Of a stretch of 64,000 nucleotides of DNA, positions 39,710 through 52,299 are shown piece by piece. The first letter of the stretch is position 1, and each line of letters begins with the position of its first letter. A program made the position numbers and the translations under genes. The stretch is from Ptychomitrium polyphyllum (Eukaryota), in the NCBI GenBank assembly GCA_973851085.1, contig OZ316775.1, positions 11,966,001 through 12,030,000 on the forward strand, given 5' to 3'. Under the pieces are notes generated by a model that searched no databases, was not told where the DNA came from, and saw only the letters and a program-made list of their open reading frames with translations.

Positions 39710-42358
39710 CTACATGTCAATGCGTTGATAATTTGCACGACAGATAGGACAACTGGGTTCAAAAAGTGAAGTTTGTTTAGGAGCAGTATTGTAAGCTTCA
39801 AAGGCAGTAATACACTCTCGATGGAATACATGGCTGCAAGTCAGCCAAGCAAGTACATTGCTGTGACTCACTCGTTGAAGTGGAGCAATGCAAATTGGGC
39901 ATTCCCCATCATTTCTCTCCAACGCCTGCCAACCAAGAAATTCTTTAGATAAAGAATTAAAGAAAAAGAAAAGAAAAAGAAAACTCCAAAGTATTGTATA
40001 ATTCATGCTTGTCAAACTGCTAACCAAAAGAAGAGGAGACTTGTTACTACCTTAGTGATGACAGTTTGCCAATCTACCAGTGGTGAACAATTCTCAACAA
40101 TTGGCCCTGTCAATGCTTGAGTTGCCTTCTGCTGGGCGACTTGAATGTCTTCATTGGCCTTTGATATTGTCTCATCAATCTCCTTGAAAAGCTCATTAAT
40201 CTCATTATTGTGCACACCCAATTGACTCAATAGATGGTCGGTCGATGAAACAAGCTGTTTATAAATTACAAAAAAAAGTCACAATTGATGCACTTTTGAA
40301 AGTTCATTATGATTAGGAGAGACACAAAAAAAATCGAAAGATTAACCTCACCATATTGAAGAAACATTGTCTTCTACATGGAAGGAGGTGGCTGTACTTC
40401 TTTCTAACGCAGTATCCTCGAAATGCAGATTGTATCCTATTCAAGGTAAGCAAATGTATTACCTAATCCTATGAAATACACAATATTAATTTCTTAATGT
40501 CAAATATGAAAAACATACTGACGTTCAGATTGTAAGTTACCTCTTAGCACAAAATATTTTGCTCAATGCAATGAGAGAGTTCTTTTGGTACGGTTCTGCT
40601 CGGCAAATCGGACAACAAAGATTGCTCGAGAATTTTTCAAAACTTTGAAGACAAAGCTGCGTATTATTTTGTTTGGTTGCCGACAAGTCAAGCATTAAAA
40701 TACGTTAGTTAAGATTGTCTAAAGAAAGACAAGAGCTAAATTATCTTCTGTTGAAGGTTTCTATTGATACTCACATTCACAGCTCAAACTTCTACTCACA
40801 CCCACATCTAAACATGTTCACGGATTTGAAAAACATCTACAAGTGAAGGATTGTTTCCCACGACCTCAAACTGATGTAATAATGCTTTGGATACAGGCAA
40901 TCTCACCCTGTGAAACACGTGCGAGCAACTTAGAATCACCTACCCAAGAGCTCAAAATACACATGCTGCATGTTAGTAGTTTGTACAGATAGAATTTTGC
41001 ACGTGGACAATAATGTGCAACTACGACAATGATTCAAGGAACTATTCAATATCCGTTAAGAATGTACATTTCTTTCGCTAGGCAAAAGGTACAAAACCTA
41101 TCATACATGTGCTCTCTAAACCAAACAGTATTCACAGTTATCTTTACTCAACAGCAAGGAGTGACTTTTCAAAATTTTAAAAAAAAGAAGCATTTGGGGT
41201 TTTTGAAGGAATGGCACATGAAATGCTTCGCTCATGAAGCAACGAACTGAACGATCTCTAAGAGGCCGTTCATGCACACGTGTGCTCTTTAAACGTCTCT
41301 ATACAAACTGCCCAGATTGATATACTGCCCATGGTTAATGTTCCAGTTTTCCACGCTTTCACAGGTGTTGTCAAAAGTCTTCACAAGAGGCAGGTGTAAC
41401 CTGCTGCTTCTTCAATCCAAAACGTTCCAAGCATATTGGACATGGATGCAACAGGTCTTTCCTTTCTCTAGAACATCGCTGGATCGCTGCCCATTGCAGA
41501 ATTGTAAGTGGCTTGATAGGGTTGCACACCTCCTCTGCAAAGTTGATGATTCGTTGTTTAAGAACAACCCCAATTAGTCCAGAACAGAGAATCTTAGTAA
41601 ACTGGACATCTCCGTGATTTTTAATACTGAAATTAATTACAACAAATCGGATCAACTAACCATGTGCAAGCGTGGAAGACGTCTGCAACGATCTTGAAGA
41701 ATCTGTAATATGGCTTCGAATCGCTACCTGAACATTTTTGGATGCCAAACAGTCTTTGTTAAACCGTGTTCTGTTGTGAATCCAATCGCATTCAAAGTAA
41801 TAATGCTCTAAAACCCTAATCAAGAGAACTGCAACTTTCCTCCGAAGCGGCCTTTTCTACTAGCATTGGCACATCCGGACCTACAATCTCTGTTAAACAT
41901 TCGAGATAGCATTCAACGCCATTACATTACGTCTACAGTATTACCCACAAGAGTTGAAAGAGAAGCACCTGAGGAAGAGCCTCATGAATAGGTCCAATTT
42001 TGCCTTGAATTTGTGCTTGCAATACAGCCGCAGTGCGTACATCCTGCACTTCCCAAGTTCAGTAACTACAGCGTCCTCAAACAGCACGAAAAATCAGTTA
42101 AGGGCACCAATGCGATAATTTTAGGTCTTACGATATCCTCCGAGCATTCTGGTGCAGATCATCTCCATCACGATTGTTGACGAGTTATTTTGTGGTAAGA
42201 GGAAACTGTAAGAGTCCAGAATTATTCACGGAATACTGTCACAAAATCAAAACCGTAAGCGACTCAAGAGTCCAAACATGCTCCACAAGCGATGAGAACA
42301 CGTATCTTACCGAGGAAGTTCTGAGGTATTTATTGCTAAGGCTGCGAACTCTTTTCAT
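39710..42358 (-). CDS. RNF32: RNF32-like protein: two RING-H2 fingers separated by an IQ motif (5' exons tentative)
   Basis: RING1 CPICLERFGLKKQQ|VILSCSHVFHR|LCLQSFEKF..CCPICRA (exons ~41595-41401, 40939-40907, 40656-40541); IQ motif RIQSAFRGYCVRKKY (40436-40352); helical exon 40254-40051; RING2 CPICIAPL...LTCSHVFHRECITAFE...CPICRANY (39925-39710). The start at 42358 and exons near 42040-41660 are inferred. Confidence 0.8.
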
Positions 42359-42893
42359 TTCGCTTGGCAGGCTTGGCAGATGAACCTGTGAGCAGACAAT
42401 TCTAGTAGTTCAGTGATAAGAAATTCAGATGGAGACCTGAGTGAGAATCTCCTGATGGACATCGGCTCTAAACAACTCTTGAGATACAATCAGCTACTCC
42501 GGTAGCAAAGAAGAACGTAAGAGTCCCCGGCGCATTGCCCTCTAGTTTCTCAAGAATATCAGGACCAGACCACAATGAGGAGGAAGGTGTAGACTTTCCA
42601 CCTAAGCATAATGAACGAAAAAAAATCACATGCAAAAATTCGTTTTAACTCTATAATGCAATCCCCAATATCAGAATGGAACAACCAAACCGAGGACATC
42701 TCAACTAAACAGACTTGGACAACATCTACTGATTCACACAGCCAGCTTCACAACATTCACAAACTCTCATGGCAGCAGAAGGCTTGCAGTAAAATATGCT
42801 GCTAAACATGGTCTACAATGATAGAATCAGAAGTAAATTATTAGCTTCGACGAAGCAAAAATATTCACAAGGTTTTGATCGAGTCACCATGAG

Positions 42894-43935
42894 TCAATTC
42901 TCAATAATTTTTACTTTACTAAGTGTTGACCTACGCTTGGATGCTATTGTATGAGTTTCATCGTCAGATTCCACGTCATCGTCACTACTATCATCTGAAG
43001 AATCCGCCACCAGATTACTACTTGGAATATTTTGGCCAGCAGCAGCTCGCTCAGCAGCCGCAAAGGCTTCGGGAGTATTGAGGTCAGCAATTCCTAAAGC
43101 CAAGTCCTGCACTCACAATAATATGATCATTGGTGGGTCAAACTTCTTGAGAAGACTTTGCGGAACATTCTCTAAAAATACTCTATCGAAAACAGACTAT
43201 CGAGGTGCATATTCAGCTTTAATACCGTGAGAGCTTATCACTTCACCTCCACCATGATGCATAATAAGACAAGGACAAGGGAAGTGAGTGCTTAACGGTC
43301 TAGCAAAGATGGCCTAATAGTAATCATAGACCTAACCACTGCAATTGCTCTCAGAATAAAACATTCCAAACTCCTTAACCAAATGATAATACAATAACCA
43401 TCCGCAGCATTAAAACACACTGGTATCCCGAATGAAAAAGAGAAGTGCAGGAAGCAACGCACCATCTCTATGTGGGGCTTATTGTCATCTACATCTACCA
43501 CTTCAATATCAAACTCCTCACGGCCCTTCTCCTGGATGCTAGAGAACAATCTCTGATTTGCTTCATCCATCATTGGAAGAAAAGCCTTCAAACGACCTAG
43601 CACTGTCCTTGCACAAAAGCAAAATCAGCCATCAAAAATCTGGCAAGACCATTCCTAACTATTTCAACTCCTTGGAAACAAAAGCCACTACATACAACAA
43701 CCGTAAAATATCGTAGCATGACAAGTGCAAAGAAAAAACAATGTCCTTTCATCATCACCTAAAGAGGTACTAGTCTGATACGGGCCACGCACACACCATT
43801 ACTTTCTGGAACGCTTGTTGTAGGCATCCTGGACTTGGCATTGCTAGGTGATTGCTGCGTGACACGCAACCTCTCCTCCAAAGAGTTGGTCCCGCGCTCA
43901 AGCCGCAGAAGATCCTTATTACTCTGCTTCTCCAT
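42894..43935 (-). CDS. NOPCHAP1: DUF4598 family protein, NOP protein chaperone 1 (C12orf45)-like
   Basis: Exons 43935-43797, 43602-43463, 43106-42894 join in frame: ...VPESN-VLGRLKAFLPMMDEANQRL...FDIEVVD...HIEM-DLALGIADL, then an acidic tail ending KVKIIEN. These are characteristic DUF4598 motifs. Confidence 0.82.
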
Positions 43936-43982
43936 CTCGCCGTTCAACAGTACCAGCCCGCAGAGAGTATAACGGACGAGAA

Positions 43983-44324
43983 CCTATCAAACCCCCCTGA
44001 ACCCATTCAAATCAAAAACCCCGAACACACCCCCAAAACCCTAACTTTGCATCCGTTCCTGATCCACGTGCAGCCGTTCTCACCATCCTCCACTACACCA
44101 CGAAAGAGGCCCACCGAGTAGAAGAACAAGGCACTCACCTGCCCACCGATCGACGATGCCCGAGGACGCGACGGTGACGCTGCAAGCCCGATTCCTCCCG
44201 CGATGAGAAGACGGCGATTCCCGCAGCTCACATGCGCGGCAACGAAGCAAACGACGGCCGTCGCCGGCATGCCATGGGCGCGGTGCAGCACATGACCTGC
44301 ATGGGCCCCGACGGCGACAGCCCC
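43983..44324 (-). repeat. Left arm of inverted duplication: putative 5' leader exon plus first intron (44138-43997) of the NOPCHAP1-like gene
   Basis: Reverse complement matches 45497-45840, nearly identically over 44019-44324; contains donor GGCAG/GTGAGT, telo-box AAACCCTAA (~44037) and acceptor TTCAG. Confidence 0.92.
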
Positions 44325-45496
44325 TGAGCCGAGCTGCGACCCACACTGAAGCTGCCCGCGCGCAATGCACTCTTCCTACCCAGCCCTAAAGCAAGCATGT
44401 ACACGAGCCACCCTCAACGCAAGCACAACGATATCTACTTGAGTACAAGATCCTCGTTATTCATATGTAAATCATCCGTAGATAGTGGTGGTTTTGGGCT
44501 ATACAACGGTTTTGGGCATGCTCCATGAACGACATGAAACGAGAGGATGGAACTGCGACTGGACGAGCAGCCTCACAGCCTCACAGCCTTAACAAATATT
44601 AGCCTGGCTGGCGTTCTAGGGGTAAAGATTTGTAAAACCAGACTTGCACTAACAATAGTTTTGACTAGGGGTGTCATAGTACTGTAGTATGGGCTTCCTC
44701 AGATTTTATCCTAAGAATTCAGAGTTCACAACCTTGCTTGGGATTGGAGTTATAAACGGGTGATGAGTTTCACAGTGACCATCCTCTACTAAGTATTACT
44801 AGTGAATAGACAATTTGCATGGAGTTGAGAGTTCTTTCCTTCTGTAAACTGCCAATCCATTCCATATAACAATTCATGAATTGAGATAATTCTAAATTTG
44901 ATAAAGAAAAAATCTGCTGTATGGTCTTTGCATGAGGCTTTGCCATTATTGCCCTTGAGGAGGTTAAGAAAAGACCACCTTAATTGCAAAGTAATATTGC
45001 TTTTATTTTAAGTTTCTTTTTAATTTTTATTACCTAGTATACTTCAATTTAGATAAAATCGTGTCTTTGAAAAATCCTTCTATAATCTTGCTTCCATTAC
45101 AAATCTACAAGTTGGGAAGCCTAAAGAAGTATAAACAAGTCCATAGTATGAGTTGCAAGAAATGATCTACTATGGTCATATTCAATTATAAAAAGCCACA
45201 TCAAACTAATATCTCTAAATTGATATTATGATGAATGAAGTGCCTTCATTGCACATAACCATAAAACATTGAATTTTTTATCATTTCAAAAAAAAAACAC
45301 AAATTGATTTATTTTGGATGGATAAAGAATTGAGCTTTTATACATAAAGGAGAAATCATCAAAAGGGAAAGGAAGTGTGGCAATGAACCGACTAAATGAA
45401 AACAATTGGTGCCATACGGAATACAGTGCAGAGTCGGGTGAGCGATGAGCCCCCATGCACGCCCATGCGCCGTCGCCGTCACCGTCGGGGGCCGTC

Positions 45497-45840
45497 GGGG
45501 GCCGTCGCCGTCGGGGCCTATGCAGGTCATGTGCTGCACCGCGCCCATGGCATGCCGGCGACGGCCGTCGTTTGCTTCGTTGCCGCGCATGTGAGCTGCG
45601 GGAATCGCCGTCTTCTCATCGCGGGAGGAATCGGGCTTGCAGCGTCACCGTCGCGTCCTCGGGCATCGTCGATCGGTGGGCAGGTGAGTGCCTTGTTCTT
45701 CTACTCGGTGGGCCTCTTTCGTGGTGTAGTGGAGGATGGTGAGAACGGCTGCACGTGGATCAGGAACGGACACAAAGTTAGGGTTTTGTGGGGTATGTTT
45801 GGGGATGTACTGCAAATCTAATTCAGGGGATTTGGTAGGC
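45497..45840 (+). repeat. Right arm of inverted duplication: putative 5' leader exon plus first intron (45684-45826) of TRS33
   Basis: Same sequence as the reverse complement of 43983-44324; the ORF track shows identical peptides (LHRAHGMPATAVVCF...) from both arms. Confidence 0.92.
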
Positions 45841-46028
45841 TGGAGCAGGACTTGGAAGCGAGTTATATCCGGGAGGATGTAGTGCAGGAGGGATCGAGGT
45901 GAGTAGAGGCGACGCGAGGCGATTGCGAGGTTTTGAAGCTCGGGAGGTTGTGGTGGTGGGAGGTTTTTTTCGTTGTGATGATTTGCTATCTGAAAGCTTT
46001 ATAGAGGTGAAGGATACGTTTTGGGAAA

Positions 46029-47480
46029 ATGCCGGGGGGTACGAGGGAAGTGGCGGAGAGCTGTGTGGACAGCTTGAATATGGAGCTTGTGGCAACTTAC
46101 TGCAAGCGCTTGCATCCTACGAAGCCCGATCTGGCCGGAAGGCGCATGGAGGCTATAGGTTACCAGGTTGGACTTCAGCTTGCAGAGAGGTATTATTTGC
46201 TCTTTAACTCATGCTTGACATGGATGCCTGTTTCAATTGTGTATGTGCTGCTGAGCAGAGGGCACAGTAGTAAAAACAAACCAACGTTTTAGGTTTTCCC
46301 TAGAAGATGGGAATATGAGTGTCTATGTCGTCGAGCGCAGTAGGTAGAGATTTTGAAGTGCATGAGACCTGTCTAGAAGTATTTCATATAAGCAAGAACG
46401 TTGACGGGAGAGGAACGCTGGACATTGAAAATAACCAAATTGGATGTCCTGTTATAAGGTTAGGATTGATTGGACATTTCTGTGATGAGTGTTTATTGCG
46501 CTTGTTCTCTGTTTTCTGCTTGGTAGTGATTATGAGTCGTTGGTTGCACATCGATAGCTTTGTGGTGAATGTGTGGCTCCTGATTCAAGAATGTAGGTTT
46601 CTCTTTTTCATAAGAGCTTGTTTTGTGTAGGTATACTAGGGAGCGACCACGTTTTACCGACCATTTAGAAAGTATCAAATTTATTTGCAAGGACTTTTGG
46701 GCAGAGATATTCAAAAAGCAGGTCGACAATCTCAAGACAAACCATAAAGTATGTTCCTGCCAGTGTTTAAGCTAACGTTTCATCATTCATAAAATTCTCT
46801 CTGCCTCTAGTATTTTTCTGTTGTAAGGCGTTGCATGTGAAGATGGCCTCAGGTTCTTTATAATGTCTCAATAGAATTGTCGAAATGAGGTGTTTTATTT
46901 AAGTCCAACTTTTTCTTTAACTGTATTTGCTGTTTTTGAGAAATGGAGTTGCTGTACAGGGTGTTTTTGTTTTACAAGACAACCGTTTCAGATGGCTCAC
47001 TCGTATATCAGTGGACGCGCTATCTTCTACCGGAGCTCAAAATGAGTCAGCAGTAGCTGCAAATGCTGCGCGTGCATCACAAGCTGCTGGGCAATACCTG
47101 TACTTTCCTTGTGGTCTTATCCGCGGTGCTTTGACAAACCTTGGAGTGCCATGTGCCGTCTCTGCTGAAGTTACCACATTACCAGCATGTAAGTTTAATA
47201 TTGTAATTCTAGAAAGTGCTTGAATAGCATACTCCTTTAGGCAGCACAAGGCTGGTGCAATGTAATAGCAATTTGGAAGTGTACTTTGATTTTTGTTGTT
47301 TATTTGGCAGATTTCAACTTTTCTACAAACTGTTCTTACTAATTACTGAATTTACAATCCTCCGAATAATTCGTGAGATATTGAAGTGTTTGATATTCTG
47401 AATACAATCTCAGTACTTACGAGGGTTGTTGTGGTGCTTGCATTCGTGTAGGTGCTTTTGTGGTCAGAATCAAGGTGTAA
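46029..47480 (+). CDS. TRS33: TRAPP complex subunit TRS33/TRAPPC6 (Bet3-like fold)
   Basis: Exons 46029-46189, 46631-46748, 46960-47188, 47452-47480: [16 protein letters not shown]...[67 protein letters not shown]...[40 protein letters not shown]. Confidence 0.95.
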
Positions 47481-50283
47481 CAAGCGTTTGCTGCACTAGA
47501 ACTCAACAGTGGATCAAACTTCAGCAAGCAGTTCGATCAGATCCCTGACAAACATGGGTGATATATTGCATGATAACCACGCTATGCAAATGCGACTGTC
47601 GCTCTTAAAGTGTTGGACCAAAGTGATGGCATTCATGTTTTAATGAATCCAAGCTTGTATACTCAAGCTCCTTCAGCCCTGTTTGACCTAATTATTTCAT
47701 GTAAGTACAAAGCTGTCGCTGTTTACTACCTATGTAAGTCTATTAGAAAAATGTTACATTTTCGGTTATTCCTTTTACTCTCACTCACTGTCTCCTTGTC
47801 TCGGGCACAAAAGTGATGAATCCTTGTATTTACGGACATTGGCAAAGAATCTTACTGCTTAAGGGTGTCCTTTTTTTCCATCTAAACCGCCTGAACATCT
47901 TGCAATGTGTAGCGACTACCTTTAGCAATACCATCTCATCATTATCCTAACAGTTTCGAAAATGATCAAAATTGGTATACCTGTGTCAGAAATATTTTCT
48001 GCAAGTAGTTCACCAACCCATCACTTGGCAGATAAGCTGGTTACAGGTTCATTAAGTTCATTTAGACCTGTTACATAGGGGAGCAGTGATTCTTCTGACT
48101 TCCGGTCAGATTAAATGCAGTCGATTCTCTGGCCATGGTTGGCTCACAAAATTCTTTCCAAAGCCAAGACATTTGCTCAATATTTCCAGGCTTCGTTGTG
48201 CTTTTTTGATGCACTTGCAAGAGACACTTCTGAGTTCTTGATGCAAATGAAATAAACTTCACTGGAAAGAATGCAGTAGCCTTCTTAATAGTAACATTTA
48301 ACCTGTATAATATAGGATTTCTATTAGTCACATTTAGCACATTAGCCTTGTAAAGACCTAAGAACCATCAGATTGGTCCAATTTCTAGAGTACTGATGAC
48401 AAGTTACCTGCCATACCCCTCAAAGTAAGATAAGATAAGAGTACATAGATTTGGGTGATGGATGTTGTAATTACCTCCTGTATGTGTTGAGAGCGCTTGG
48501 GCAGGACATCCTACAAGCTGGGACTTACCATCAGTAGGTGTCCTACCATTTTCATCCTCCCAAAATGAGGACCTTATTCCCAACTCCATTTGCTTTCCCT
48601 TCTTCAGCCTGTTCTCGTCCCATCAAGGGACCTGCCTTCAAGTCTTCTCACTTCTCAACCCCTGCTATTTGCTTTGGCGCTCATCTGTAGCAACACCAGT
48701 GGACGTCAGCGTCGCCTCTACAGACAGCCGCAGCACATTGCCTCCTTGCTCCTACTCCCCGTCGGTGTGGTTGCTGTCTGCTGCTCTTCGTCCACCTCAA
48801 AATTTCAACATCTAGATATTTCCCGTGTTAAGAAGCTCATCTAAACTCTTAGTGTCTTTTGAAGAATATAGTTCAAAACTTTGTTTGATGGGTTTAGAAT
48901 ACTGGTGAGGTTTTTTTGAGTGATGGATTTTTCTTTCTATGAGAGATTTGTAATCTTGGTGTTTTCTGACTAATAGCCAGATTGGATGATTTCATATTTT
49001 AAAATGATAAGAAAAATATCTTTGGTGTGGTATTGGTTGTGGTAGTTATTTAGTTGATGACAGTATTTCAAATAGTTATTTGTTAATGTCAAGTTATGTG
49101 AAAGTCAAAGTAGGTTTTTATTGATGAATAGAGTTGGAGGCTAATTTATTCTATGGCAATATTGGCTTCTTGAGGTTGTATTTTCTAGCATATGCTAATA
49201 TTTGTGTGATCTTAAATAATAACGTTAAAAAAAATGAAAATTTGGTCACATTGGAATATTATTGTAATGGATAATGACAAAAGGATGCATGAATTATTTA
49301 TCCTTGGAAAATAGTTCATATAAAAATATATAAATGTGTCTAAAGACCAATAATGACATCCATTGAAAAATAATGTTCTCAAATGTAAACATGCATCAAT
49401 GCTTTAAAAATAATGAATTAGAAAATCTCATCACTGTGCAAGAGAAGAGAATGTAATCAAGAATAATGAAAGTTTTTTCATCTAAGCTCTCCTTTAAACC
49501 TTAATTAGCATTGCTGAGACTAATTATCATGAACTTTATGATAAATGGATGAAAAACCTCTTAAATTGAACCACACTTCATCCGTCCATTGTGGCTTGAC
49601 ACCCAATACCATAGGTTTTTATAACTTATAAGTGAAAAGTTGAGTTGATAGGATTCAATGGAAATGGAATTCCAATCATTAAAAGAATTGCTCGTTAGTT
49701 ATGGACATGCTCCTTGCCGTTATTACTACACATAGTTACCAACAAAAGTTGGTGAAGCGGCGGCTATGAGAAGCCAGCATGAGAGGATTGAGCAACTATC
49801 AGAAATCGCAGGTCAAGTATTGCACATCAGGATGCATTTCATATCACGACCTAAGTGGCACCAGCCTTCATTCAGCCTTCCGGTAAGTCCCAGCTTTTGA
49901 TATAACCTGCCCTCTCCCATCTAGAAGTACTGCCTATCTATGCTATTGTATTCAAAGGACTCAAACCCATAATGCTCAAGTTCAGTGGTACAATATTTAA
50001 TATCGAAAAAGTGAAGTGTCCTCTGCTCTGCAGTGATACATACAGTGATATATACTGGTACTAATCAGGACATGCACAATTGGGCCAGTCATTGTCTCTT
50101 CATCTTGTTCGGCTTTTAGTGACTGGACAGTTCTGTGATAAACTGACAGTTTTTCTTACTCTAGACAACTCCTAAAATGACACCATATTCGTTACACTCT
50201 TGCTAGCCGCATGGAATAAGGGGAGGAATAGATTCCTAAGATTTTCAATTTTGAACATTCATCAGTTTTTGATATTTGTACAT

Positions 50284-50343
50284 TTTTAATGTAGTGCTTA
50301 GATAACATCTTTTAATGTAGTGCTTAGATAACATCTTTTAATG
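50284..50343 (+). repeat. Perfect 26-bp tandem duplication (TTTTAATGTAGTGCTTAGATAACATC x2.3)
   Basis: Units start at 50284 and 50310. Confidence 0.9.
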
Positions 50344-52299
50344 AATATTTTCCATTTTTGTCGATATGATTCGATAATAATATTATAGGAAGGCTTTGTT
50401 ATTAACAACAAACAGATTTACTTGCCTTCAAGTCATTGTTATGAATATTGTTGCTTTAAAGTCACTTCAATTGCTATAGAATGTCATGTTGTTGTCAATT
50501 TAAATGAGAACTCAAAGTATCTACATCTCAAATATATTTCCTACCATTCCTTAAACTTGACTTTGACAGGAGTTCGAAGGCTATTATGTAGGTGAAGGAT
50601 TAATAGGCTTGTAAGAACAACACCTCTAAAACCTCATTTGTCTTCATTTTCCCTTTTCTAATCATCTTGTTAATTTTATTTTGTACATCAATTCAACAAT
50701 CAAGCCATACTAATTGATGTACCATGTGCACCTTTAAGAAATTCTTGATTTCACTCAATTACATATCTTATATTTTGTGCATTTTTTGCAAGGTTATTCA
50801 TTCTAAACACCTTTGATGTTTTTACATTCCTAATGATATTTGGACATTTCTTTATGTCTAGGACATTCCATTTAGTAGCGTCCAAAACTTGGATAAGAAC
50901 ACTTTATTATTTTTTAAGCAATCACCTCAATCTGGTTGAAAGAAGATGGATGGGATCAAATAGATAAATGGAGGTTCAGATTTGAGCTATTTTTTAGATT
51001 TATATAAGTATTTTCCAACTTAATATCTAAATGGTGAATAAAGTTTCTTTTCATATTCAAGTAAATTTTAAAACACATTGGTCTTTAAAGAAATTAGTTT
51101 GTTTTTGGATTTCTATTAAAATTCAAACATCCATCAATAATTCCAGCTTTAGAATATGGTCTCAATTCAAATGTTTGTAATTTGGCATCTTGCACACATT
51201 TAAATGTTGGACAATTCCAATTTTATAAGGATAAGTGTTAATTATAGATTTTAATTTTAAAATTCTATCTATATACAAATGGACTTATTATTTATGTGTT
51301 ACTTATCATTCTATATTCACCGTTGGTCAAAGATCTTAATATTATAACATAATAAAACTACTTTTAAATCCAATGATATTTTTTAATATATTAATGTGGA
51401 ATTAACTTAAATTATTTTATTATACTTCCTTAAAACTATGATTGATTATAAAATCATTCATACTACTTGTATAAGTTGATGAAAGAAGTCATTATAAATA
51501 CCAATTATGAGAGAAAAATTGTACTTATGTATTTGAAGAATATATATTTTATTTTTTATATTATTTGTTATCTTGAAGAAATTAATATTATATATTTATT
51601 TTTTGCTCATGCATCTAAACCTTCTATTTTGATGAATTAATTTTTCTTTACTAACTAATATAACGTTCTAAAAATATCTCTACAAATCTATAATTATTGC
51701 ATATATATATGTAGAGTGTATTTGATTGATTGAGTATTTTGTTAAATTTAAATATATTGATTTTTTTAAAAGTCTAAATATTACATGTTTTATTAATTGT
51801 TGTGTAAATAAAGATTGTCATACATAGCAAATTGGATACCATAACTTTGTCAAATTTGTAGTAAACAAACCCAAATCAAAAAAACATTACAAACAAATAT
51901 TTTAGTGTTTTTTTTAGCTAATCATGGAACTTTCTAAATAATTGAGACCATGAGTGCATATGATTGAAGATGAATGCCACAATGATGTCCTAGTAATCAA
52001 ATACACCAAGAAGGCTAAGCAAAAATTGATTAAGATATTTACAGATAAGGCACAACGTGAGCTCCATCTCTAATTGCTTTTAACAATTTTTGTTGTTGAA
52101 TCCCATTGTTATTTTTCATGAAGCACAAATCTTAAATATGGAACTAGTGATCACAAAAGAAATGGTGGATTAACCATCCGAATATGGCAAATCTTCACAA
52201 AATCCTAAACACTTGTCAATTTATGCAATATAATTAAAAGATCTTTTACATCAAAAAAAATCTAATATTTAGAAGACAAAGTAGAAAGAGGTGGTGTCA

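Noticed and set aside
44570..44590. CCTCACAGCCT as a miR533 target or precursor
   Set aside because: Only ~11 nt of complementarity from memory, inside a 7-bp tandem duplication, with no hairpin.
44007..45821. Duplicated 94-141 aa ORFs in the two inverted arms as protein genes
   Set aside because: They run across a clear splice donor in GC-rich leader sequence, have no recognisable domain, and are identical only because of the duplication.
48404..48790. Phosphatase inhibitor-2-like fragment (WDENRL...RTP)
   Set aside because: The similarity is only a few residues and is interrupted by stops.
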